Below, piece by piece: positions 47,301 through 59,300 of a stretch of 64,000 bases of DNA (its first letter is position 1; the number at the start of each line of letters is the position of its first letter). The DNA comes from Lama guanicoe. Its lineage: Eukaryota. The translations under genes and the position numbers were made by a program. The DNA is taken from NCBI GenBank assembly GCA_013239625.1, contig MU053823.1, forward strand, positions 23,698-87,697, read 5' to 3'. A model generated the notes under the pieces. That model saw only the letters and a list, made by a program, of their open reading frames with translations, had not been told where the DNA came from and did not search any database.

Positions 47301-50300
47301 AGATGTTCGATCCGGAGTTCAGCCTGAAAGTAAGATAGAGCCGATGAGATCTCACGGAGGATTTGAATGTCAGGAATTTTGTACATTAGGAATCTCTTAA
47401 AAGATAATGTGTATTGCAGATAGATTTTTAACAAAGCCTTAAAATTTAGGATATCTCATACGTTTGCCTGTTCATTAAATAATACATGAGAATACTTATT
47501 CAAGAGGACGAGATAAGAGCTTGTTTCAATTGTTAGACATTCTCTAAGGGCCCTTATTTTCCTCTGAGACACTAGAAATAGCTCATGAAGATGAGTTGGC
47601 TTTTTTCCTTTGATCATTCCACACCCAGACAAGAGAGCTGCTATGAATTCTCTTTTTTCTGCTTAAACAGAATTTTTGCAGTTAAACAATTTCTGAGTGT
47701 TCAAATGTAGCTGAAAAACACAAGGCCTAAGGCTACTGTCTGACTTCAATGACAAAATAAAAGTCAGCAATTCGTTGTAGACCTAATGAAATAGTCACTC
47801 AATTAGTCATGTGTTATATATACAAAAAGAGGAGGGCGCTGTTTGTGTTTTACTTCCCATAACTTAACGTCGAAACGTCAGTCACAGGCTGATCCCGCCC
47901 TGCTTTGAAGAGATGAGACCTCCCAGTGGGTCCTAAATCCCGTGCCTGGAAGCTCTTTGTAGCTCTAAAATCCTGTTTTCTTTTATCTCTTCAGGCCACA
48001 TACATCCGACCTAAGAGCTGCTACCTTCCCAGCTGGTTAACGCCCACTTACTCGGAAGGTTATTTCCCAGTCCGGCGCTTTTACTCCCGAACCAACAGCT
48101 TCCTGACGATCGTGCCTGAAACGAAGCAGCTTAGATGCGATCAGCAGGAGGTGGTTACTGTGTATTACTCCCTGAACAGTGAAGCACACAGCGGTGATTC
48201 CGGTATAAACTTCTTCTATCTGGTAAGTCTCCGCCGGCGGGTTCATGGATCGCGTGGAGCGGTCTGCTCAGCTCAGAACGCGTGCATCAGTCGTGCCCTG
48301 TTAAGCCGCGTGAACCGGCCTTCTCACTTCGCTGCCGGCCGCTACTGGATCGTTGCAGCACAAACCCAGAAACAAATAAAGAAATGCATAGAAAGATCCG
48401 AGGCAATTTCAGTACCTCTAAGGTTGAAACACTTACTATTCAGGGTCTGCTATTTCGCGCATTCAATTATTATTCCTATCCAGTGAATACGATCCATCCT
48501 GAGAATAAAACATTAGGCAGCTGCCAGAGAGTAAAGTGGAAAACTGGTTTTGAGGAGCAGTAAGAAGAATTAGTCCTTTTAGGTCTGTCCCCGTTTGCCC
48601 GTTTTGTCTCTGTAAGGCTGCTGAAAGATGAAAAGCTACAAACTTGGAAATTAAGACTCCTGATTGGAATCTTCCACCCTCTCCTGTTCATCGTGTGAGC
48701 TAGGTGGTCTCGGACCAATTGTCTTAACTCTCTAAGCCTTAGCTTCCTCAGCTGGGTATTGGTCATTGGAAGTAAGACTTACCTCCTAGGATAAGTGCTA
48801 TATGTCAGGCAGTGTTATGGGGTGTTTTGTATTAATTCACTAAGCAGCCCTATGAATATTTCCTTTTTACAAATAAAGGAACAGAGGCAAAGAAGCGAAA
48901 TGACTTGGCTTGTTCGAAACCAGGCAGTCTGCACCCTCACACAGTGCTGTCGTGTCATCCACCCAATTTCTAGCACACAACAAGTTGTCAATCAATGATA
49001 GTCACTTTCTCTGTTCTTCTCCAAGTGGTCACAGTCCTTTTTCTTTTTTAGTTTAATTTATTTTTATTTTTTAAACATTTTAAAAAAATTTTTTAAACAT
49101 CTTATGGTCATTTTAAAATGTTGTGTAGAGTCCATTTTTAATATCCACTTGTGAAAGCTACCTTATCTTATGGAATAAAATTATCACAAGGTCATTCATT
49201 GTCTAATAATAATATAATATTCTATTACTTAGTCTGTTATCACATACTATGTTTCCTTTGTTCTGCGCAGATAATGGTCAAAGGAGCTATCTTCCTCAGT
49301 GGACAAAAGGAAATCAGAAACAAAGGTGTGTATAATACATTTTCATTTTTCAATACGTACTCTCCTTCAGTTTTCTATCTTTTAAAAAAATGTTACAGTG
49401 ATAGGGTCAAGGAGTTAGGAAGGGCACTTAAGATTACGATTTGTGGATGGAGGGCAAGAACATCGCCCAAGTATAACCTACTAAATATTTTTAAAACTTT
49501 TTGGTTGAAGTGTAGTTGATTCACAGTGTTAGTTTCAGATGTACAGCCAAGCGATTCAGTTATCCACATACATACAGATGTCTGCTTTCTTTTCAGGTTC
49601 TTTTCCATTATATGTTATTATAAGAGATTGAATATAGTTCCCTCTGCTATACAACCCTGTGGATCCTTGTTGTTTATTTTATGTATAGAAGTGTGTGTCT
49701 GTTTGGGGATTAACAGACACACTTTACTAAATATTTTGATGAAAGAGATTTCAACCTGTTTCTATTACCGCCAGATTATCAAGTACATTATAGAAAAGTG
49801 ACGCCCAAAGCGCGATTACTGTTACTACCTAAACTATGCGGTCTTCTTCACTTGTATATATACTTCCCATTATTTATCTACCTTGAAAATAAATCTCAAT
49901 TTGCTCCTTCCATCCATAAGCTGTTGTCTTTTATCTAAGTGCGCCCAGTGATCTGGGAGACTTTGAGCACTGTGTCTGCTGATGGCCTCTCCTATTTACA
50001 CAGCCTGGAAGGGAAACTTCTCCTTCCCCATCGATGTCAGTGCCGATCTGGCCCCCGTGGCCTTCATGCTTGTCTACACCCTCCACCCTGATGGGGAAAT
50101 TGTGGCTGACAGCGTCAGATTCCAGGTTGAAAAGTGCTTTAAGAACAAGGTAATGTTTCTTCTATTTCTCCCCTGTCTTGGGTGAGAGGGGGTGGGCCGT
50201 TTACTCCCTGTTGTCTCCTTGTTTTCTGACTTCTGTAACCTTCACATGGGAAGCTCACAATCAGCGCTGCTATGGTTAAATTATTAGGGGGTGAGAGAAT

Positions 50301-53300
50301 CACCACACCGAATGAATACGTTTTGGCAGCGATGCCAAGCTTGAGATGATGGGCGGGTGGTGAGGGAGGTGTCCCTGTAAGGAAGGAGAATTAAGGGTGA
50401 GAATGGATGAGAGAAATACAGGTACAGAAACCGAGGAAGGTTTATCTGCAAAAGATTGAATATGTTCAAAGTATTTTCCTGTAAAATTACCTTCCTCATT
50501 CCTGTTCTTCCTCTGCTTCAGGTGAGCATGAAGTTCTCCAAGGAGCAGGGGCTGCCTGGCTCCAGCACTCATCTCCAACTTCAAGCAGCCCCCGACTCAT
50601 TCTGTGCTCTCCGGGCTGTGGATAAAAGCGTTCTTCTGCTGAAATCAGAACTGCAGCTGTCAGCTGAAACTGTAAGCCTTCTGACCTCCTTTTTTTTATC
50701 GGGACCCCTAACAAGTCTTTCCCTTCAGATGGTGTTTTTATTTGAGGTGGAGCACGTAGGTCCTCTAATTTCTCCCTGCCCGTCTCCTCTTTTCCACGTA
50801 GTCACCTAAGCCTCCTCTCTCCAGCTTTCCATAGCCTCAGATTTTCAGCAGCAGTTGGACTATGATGTCTATTTCTCTTCTAACACATCGTTTGAAAGTC
50901 ATGGTACTCTCTGTATCCTAGTAATGTCAGAGACACAAGTCATAGATGTTATTATTTGTTCTCTTTGACTTTAAGCTCTTTTTGGAAGGATTCTTGTGAA
51001 GACTTAGAGTCAGGCAGCTACTGTTTTCCTCCAGACCTGGGAGTTCTAGCATTCTATTCACAATGAATTATCTGTACTCCAGGCCTTGGAGTAATCCACA
51101 GATCTCTGGGCAGCTCTTTTTTTTTTACATGTGATCCTAAATCCTGCACCAAAACGAAAAATTTCTGTGAACGTGATGTTGACTACATAAAACAAAACTG
51201 AAGGCTTCCTCTTCTGGAATGAGTTGACTCGAAGGTGTTGGATTAAGTACAATGGCTGCTAAGAAAAGAACAAGAGTAAATGTTTATCGCACAAACACTG
51301 CCAATTTTGCAATTATAAGAAGAGTGCTTAAAATAACGGAACTACGTAATTTTTCCCATAGGTGTATAATCTGCTTCCAAATACAGAACTCTATGGTTAT
51401 CTCTATCATGGTCTCAACCTGGATGATGGCAAGCTAGACCCTTGCATTCCTCAGAAGGATATGTTTTACAACGGCTTGTATTATACACCTGTAAGCAACC
51501 ATGGGGATGGAGACGCCTACAATGTTGTCAGGGTAAGATCATTTAAGATTTTAAAAATTATTTCATTTCCATTGTAATTCTAGTATTCATAACACAGATC
51601 TATATTTTATAATGTTCTTTTCTTCCTGTTCTTTGATATCAGTGTCAGAAATCTGCTTATAGAGCACTCAGAAACCGTCTTATAAAAAAAAAGATAGTGA
51701 TTTTTGTTGACTTTTCTCTCTTTGGCTGCAAATAAATTATACGGTGGCTGAAATTACAAACCTTCCTGTTAGAAGTCATGAGACGGTTTTTGATTTACTG
51801 CAATGAATTTTATGCAGAAATCATCAAATTAAGAAGCTCAAATATAGAGTGTGCTCCATCTACACCTGGGCTATCAGTTAAATAGGCTGAGGCTTCCACA
51901 AAAGGATCTGTGTAACTGAAGTCACAGGTATCAAAGAGAGGGCTATAGAACCAGACGGACTCTGGTTCAAGTCCAAGCTCTCCAATTTACTCACTGTGTG
52001 TTTGTGTGCATGTCTGTGTATGTGTTTTTTTTTAATGTTAATGAGGGTGATGATAATATCTCATAAATATTTTTCCTTAAAATTAAATGGAGACTGATAT
52101 CAAAACACTTTGCAAAGTCCTAGCACATGATAAAGGTGAGATAGATCATAGTAATTACCATTCGTCTCCAAGTTAGAGATTCTCTGTATGTCGTAGAGGT
52201 GACTTGACCTCTCGGGCCCAGAGCCCTTTGCCAGCACAGGTGATGTGAATAGTTACCATCTATTTTTTTTAATGACAATATGGTCAATGGGCCTTTTTCA
52301 GGTTTTGCATGCAAGGAATGCCCAACTTGTCTTTTGCTCTTTGTTTCTTTGAAGGATATGGGTCTGAAAGTCTTTACCAATCTCCATCACCGGAAACCAG
52401 AAGTATGTCTGACGGAGCGAGGGGAGCCCTTCCTTAGGCCTCTGTATCTAAACTTGGGAGGTTATGAACCCATGTACAGTGCCCCGTCCAGAATCGCATG
52501 TGGGTAATCTAGAATTTTGTGTGTGGGAGGTGGCTAAAAGAAGCCATGAAATTGGGTGTATTTGGTATAAAAGTATAAAAAAATCAGGACTTTTACACGT
52601 GAATTATGTCCTATTTTTGGCTGCAAGGAGATATCCTGCAGTTGAATCAAGTAGAAGAAGACAGGTGAAAATGGTTTTGGCTAAAAGGGAAAACTAGCTT
52701 CAGATATGAGAGAAAGTTCATTTTTGTCTGTAGAACGCAGTGGCAGAAATGTGCAGGAGCAGGGGATGTGCGGCAGTGTGCGAGGGCAGCCACCAGGAGT
52801 GAGTAAGACACAGAGAGTGAGAGGTCCTGATGTGGCCCTCGTACATTTATTCTGTGTGGATCGTGGTACACAGAGTTCAAGGCAGAGGTCATTTTGATTC
52901 TTAGCCAAATAGGTGGCATCAGAGAAGTTGGTTCAAATACCAGCCCATTTCCTGTTGGAAGGACTGTAGGCACAAAACTCAGCCATGGCCTTAGATGCAC
53001 AAGATAATTAAGTCAAGTTCCAATATGGAAACTTAGGGGAGCAAAATGAAACCAGGTCATCAAAACAGAACCAAAATCAAAGCTGTCTTTGAGATCGGAA
53101 GATACTTGAACGACATCCCTTAAATCTCTCTGGCCTATCATTGAGGTGAGCCCAGTAATTGAAGTGGGACTGGTCCTGGAGTGATTGCCTGAAAGTCCAC
53201 TCGAGAGAAACGAAAGGCCTGACAGTGTTATACAAGAGCAGCCACAGTGAGAATTCGGGGGGCCGGTGAAGTCCCCTCTAAGTGCCCGTCACGAGGTTGA

Positions 53301-56300
53301 TGCTATCTACCTTTCTGCTACTAGATTAAGCCAGATTTAGTAAGCCGTCTCAGAAACCTCTGAACTTCTTCATAGCTGAATAAAATGTGCTGAAGCCCGA
53401 AGTTATTCATTTTAGTCTCTTCTTTCTTCAGTTATTGATTTATTAATTCACTCAACAAACATTCTCTAAGGTCAGGCACTGAGCTTTGTATTGTAAACAC
53501 AGTGGCTTCATCTCTGCTTTCCTGGAATTTTAGTCTAACAGGGGAGCATAATTAAATAGGTCATTCCAAAGACCCGAGAAGAGCACATTAAACGGAAGTA
53601 ATATGAGAAGAAGAGACAAATTTCTCAACTATGTCCTCTTGGAAGAAGTAGCGTCTATACTAAGACCTGAAAGTTGAACGATAATGTGCCCCCAGAAAGG
53701 GTTCAAAGAGCATTCCAGGCAGAAAGGGAAGTGCTATGAAAGAAAAGCTAAGACACTAAAAGCATTTCAGAAAGGCAGAAGGCATGGTTAAAGGACAAAA
53801 TTAAAGAGAGCTCAAGCAGCAGGGATAAGCAGAGATCACATGGACCTTGCATGGCACTTAGAGATCTTGGAGTTCATTCTAATGCCAAGTTTCAAGCAGA
53901 CAATCTAATATGTGTTTTTAAAAGAGCTAGCTGGCTGCTCTGTGGAAAAAGAGATTGGGGTTTGGGCTGTTTAAGACTGTCTGTAATGAAATGTTATAAA
54001 AGCTAGTAATTAAGTTGAAAGATGGTGGGGCTTGGACTCCTACAGAGAGGCCGTGGAAACAAACATGGATAGATTTGTGAGCTGTTCTTATCTGGTTGTT
54101 TATGACAGGAAATGCAGGGTGGAGGGGGGCGGGTCAAGGACAACTTTTGAGTTTCTGATCTGGGAAAGTGGATGGATTTGGTACTTTGCATGGAGATGGG
54201 AAATCCTGGAGGGAAACAGGAGGAAGATATAATGCTTTTGGAACAGTTTCACTTGAAACGCCTGTGAAGCAACCAAAGATCCATGGGCACAGGGGTGTTG
54301 CAGGCACACACCTGGAGCTCAGAAGAGAGGTCCGGGTGGGAGACACAGGCTAGGAGACGTCAGCATAAATACTGTCACAAAACCACGCATGAGGATATCG
54401 GTGTGGAGACAGTGCCCAGTAAGACAAAGAGAACCTAAAACCGAGCTCTTAGGAACAAGTCAAGGACGAGGAGGCTACATCCTCAAACATGAATAGCGAA
54501 ACAGGAATGGCAGAAGAGAAGAGAAGGAAGCTAGAAGGATGGAGTGTTACGGATATTAACAATAGTGACTGCTTTGTAAAGGACGCTGATTAAGAACACC
54601 AAATGTAGCCTAGAGGCCAAGGAAAGAAAAAAAAAAAGCATTGTTCAGAAATTAGCAATATTAATGTCATTAGAAACTTTAGTGAAGGAGTTGGCAGATA
54701 CCGGATTGCTGTCTGGCAGATGCCAGAATATCAGATGAGAAACTCCATTCAGTGAACAGACACTACTTTCCCCAAATTATGCTGCAGAGGAGCAATGTCT
54801 GGTGGTGGTTTTTTGGGGATGTGTTTGTTTCTTTAATAGCAGGAGAGAGTCAAGCATCAAAATGCTGACGCCTAGATTGAGAAGCACATTCGTGGGCAGT
54901 GAGCCCCAGGAGCAATCTGTGTGGCTTCATACTAAGCAGGTGTGGTTAAAGATGTAACTTATAGGTGTATGTCACTGAAATACGTATTTTTATTCTCGCT
55001 CTTTCCTCTTAGCTGGTGAAGTCATAAAGGAGAATTCTGGCTATGTAGAACAGGCTATGATAGAAACAGTAAGAACAAACTTCCCAGAAACATGGATTTG
55101 GGACCTTGTCAGTGTTGAGTAAGCATTTAATAGTTTTCTTTCCTATCTGTCATTATTTCTTTTTTTTTTTTGGTTGTTTATAATACCGTTCACTTGTATA
55201 TACTGACAATATATTTTATTTTTTCTCTAGTATTGTTTCTAGTCTATTAATTTCATCCAGATAGCTGTAAGCTGCCTCAATTTTTCAAAAATAATGTGGT
55301 GTTTAAAGAAATGTGACCTTTGAAGGGAGAGGGTATATATAGCTCAGTGGTAGTGCTGGGTTCAATTCCGAGTGCCTCCATCAGAATAAATAAATAAATG
55401 AATAAACCTAATTACCTCTCCCCCCCCAAAAATGAAATAAAACAAAATAGATAAACAACAAGGTCCTACTGTATAGCACAGGGAACTATATACAATAGCT
55501 TGTAATAGCCTATAATGAAAAATAATAGGTATGACTGAATCACTATGCTGTACACCAGAAATTAACACAACATTGTAAATCAACTATACTTTGATAGAAA
55601 AAAAAGAAATGTAACTTTTTTGGATGATTTTTATTTTTATTTTTTTAACATTTTTTATTGAGTTATAATCATTTTACAACGTTGTGTCAAGAAATGTGAC
55701 CTTTTTAAGATTCAATTTTACAGAAATCCAGCTCTCAAGATATTTCTCTGATGCCCTGTGCAAACACTATCGCTCATTTTTTAACCTTCGGTTCATACTT
55801 TTTTTGTTTGCTCTGGACTAAATGTAGGTTCCTGGATTAGACCAAAAAATGCATTTTTCCAATAATCTCTCTCTGTAGTTCCTCAGGCTCAGCAAATCTT
55901 TCATTCGTCATCCCTGATACCATTACCCAGTGGGAGGCCAGCGGCTTCTGTGTGAATGGCGAGGCTGGGTTTGGCATTGCCTCAGCGGTTACTCTGGAAG
56001 TCTCTCAGCCTTTCTTTGTTGAAATGACCTTACCCTTCTCAGTTGTTCGAAACGAACAATCTGACTTACTCGTCAGTGTCTTCAACTACCTGAATACATG
56101 TGTTGAGGTAAGTTATTCCGTTTGATCTGGAGTCAAAAATCTACAAGCTCAAAAGATTCCTCAAATATTGCCATACTCTTTCTATTCTCAAATGCAAAAT
56201 GGTGCTGTCAAGTGATAAGCCTGGTTTCCGTTTCCTCAAACAAAAACAGTGGCTTTAATTCACAGCAGTGACTTAAATACTGCTTTAAGAAATGTCGCTC

Positions 56301-59300
56301 CACGCTGTGTGTTCTACCGTATTTATCATCCAGTGAGAAGAGTCATTTGGTATCTTCTATTTTTGATAACCTGAAGCAAAATAGATAGAGCAGAAACTTT
56401 CTCAAGATGGGAGGAGGAGTCTGTAGTTACCACCCTTAATGCCATGACTGTTATTTTAGATTTTTGTTCAACTGGAAATGTCTCAGGATTTTGAGGCAGA
56501 TCTCAGCACCCCTAAAGACAACGGCAGTGAGATTATCCAAGCTGGGGAGAAGAAGACATACATCTGGACTCTCACACCTGCGGAGCTGGGTAAGCAAGCC
56601 GCTGTGGGTCTGTGCCAGCCTCTCTTGGAAAACCAGCCTACTTTTCCTGCCTCTGTTTATCTTCCTTAAATCCTCTATACAAAAATCATTTTATCCCTCA
56701 CATTTTTAATTTCTCCATTTTAAAAATTTCTCATTTTTTTAGACTCTCCGTTAAAAAGCCTATCTGTATCATCTAATTTCTCGTTGCTCATGCTAGTGTG
56801 GAGCAAACCCACCATTCATCTGTATAAAAGCATGTGATTGAAATACAATATAGATGCTAATTTGAGGGGAGGGTATAGCTCAGAGGTAGGGTGCTTGCTT
56901 AGCATGCACGAGGTCCTGGGTTCGATCCCTAGTATCTCCATTAAAAATAATAATAAATATATTCTTTGTTTGTTTTTACATTTTTTAATTGAGTTATAGT
57001 CATTTTACAACGTTGTGTCACATTCCAGCGTAGAGCACAATTTTTCAGTTATACATGAACATACATATATTCATTGTCACATATTTTTTTCTCAGTGAGC
57101 TATCACAAGATCTTGTATATATTTCCCTGTGCTATACAGTATAATCTTGTTTATCTATCCTGCATATGCCTCAGTATCTATAAATTTTGAAATCAACAAC
57201 TATAATAATAATAATAATAAATAAATAAATCTAATTACCTCCCCCCAGAAACAAAAACAAAAACAAAAACAAAAACAAACCAAAAAAATATATAAATGCT
57301 AATTTTCATGACCTTTCAAGTCCATATATCATATCTCAAATGAAAGGCATATTTTCATTAATGCTGCCCAATTCCTTCACTTCTCATCAGCTCCTTTGCT
57401 ATGAGCCCATGTCATCTATACAAAATTCACGCCTCAATCACAATAATTGCCAGGATTTGCAAATTTTCTAGATATATTATGAGACACCAAAAACCCTCAA
57501 CACTTGGATGGAGATCAGTGAGAAGGGTTCTGTCTCAGTGCATATGTTACCTGCAATACAGAAAAATGCACCTGAGAGTATCTTGTTAAAAATATAAGGG
57601 AAGGGAAAATTAAGAGTCTAGTAACAATGCTGGATGTGTTAGACACGTGATAATCATTCCCAATAATTTCAAAAGCAAATATCATTAAAAACTTTTATTT
57701 CATGTCATATTCATTATATTATTTTAGCAATAAGGAGTAATTTATGAGATCTTTTTTAATCCTCCTGTGACATTGGTCTGCCTAAGATGAGTTTTCCTAC
57801 TAGATTTTAAGTTTCTCAATTTTTTCTAACCACACAAGGTCTTCAAAAATCTTACCCTGGCAACTGAGATAGAATACTGCACTAATTTGTATGGTTATAT
57901 GGTATTAAGTGGAGAACACAGTTCTAAGAGTGGAGTATCAAAGCTTTCTAAACAAATGAAACAAAACAAAGCACACCAGGACACAAAACACAAGAACGGA
58001 ATACTGGTTGTATATAGGCATACAGGTAGCATTAAACCAAAAGAACTATGTTTTTCACTTCTCTAATTTTTATAAGAAAATAGGAGATCAGTTTTAATGG
58101 CATGGCCTATGATATTACAGGGAACTTAAAACAATGGATGCCTTGCTCACACATGATTTTAATCTGGTGTCCTTTCTACTATGTCATATGTTACCATTCT
58201 TATTTGTTTCGTCTTGGAAAAACTGGGGTGGCCCAGTTATCTGATGTCATGTCCCTACACTGGTCATATGTAGCCTTTAAAAACGAACAATGTCAAGGGA
58301 TTGGCTCAGCTGGCTTTGAAGGCTTTTTTTTTTCTCTTATAATTTCTTGAGTTCTACTCAGGTAAATGAATCACTCATTTAATATAAGGAATCTTGAAAC
58401 AGGTAAAACACAACATACATATTATCTCCAGGCAGGAGAAAGAGTGAGTTATTTTGATCCAGGCAAAAATAGGGTAGAATTCAGTTCATCTGATTCAAGA
58501 GGTGATTCACAGGCTCTAATCATGTCTCTTTACAGAAGGGACTGATGGCCAATTTAACTTCTCTTTGGCAATGTTTTTCAGGTACAGTGAATATCACTGT
58601 AGTAGCTGAGTCCAGACAGAGTAGTGCTTGCCCAAAAGATACAACTGAGCAGCAGATTCTGAACTGGAAAGACACTGTGGTCAGAAGTTTGTTGGTAGAG
58701 GTATGTGTCTGCAGAACTATCAAGCTCTTCCGGGGACAAAATAGAGATTATCTATTAGGTTAAATATGAAAGGACATCCTTCTTGAAGAGACTTACTGAA
58801 TGGACCATACTTACTATTGACACAAGACATGTCATTTTAAATAAATGAAGGAGAAATAAAATTCATCCTTTCTTTAATTAATACCTGACCCAGGATAGAA
58901 AAAACTTAGCACTTGAAACAGGCCTATGATTTTTTTTTATGCTCCTGACTCATGATGCTTCCTGTACACCTAATCCTCTTGCCTCTCTTTAACTGACTAT
59001 CACATCCAAGAGACAAATCTGTTTGTCCCACACGCCTGTGTCATTCTCATCCTCCGTGAAAAGAGTCAGTCCTTGTCAGTGGTGCATTTGCACCTCACCT
59101 CTTGGCATGTTTCTGCTCCGCACGATGCTTTTGTTTGTCCACTGGAGAAGCTGGACAGGATCGGAGAAGTTGAGGGTGTCCCGCTAAGACACTAAAGTTA
59201 TCTCTGTCCTGCAAAGCACTGTGGGAACACGGGGCTTACCATGGGTGTTGGTAACATGCAGTGACTTCCAGAGACCAACAGAAGGGGACAATGAATGGGT

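Noticed and set aside
47926..48486. 186-aa ORF (likewise the 210-aa ORF at 62980-63612) as a stand-alone gene
   Set aside because: Each is a real ovostatin exon (12 or 26) extended by chance into flanking intron.
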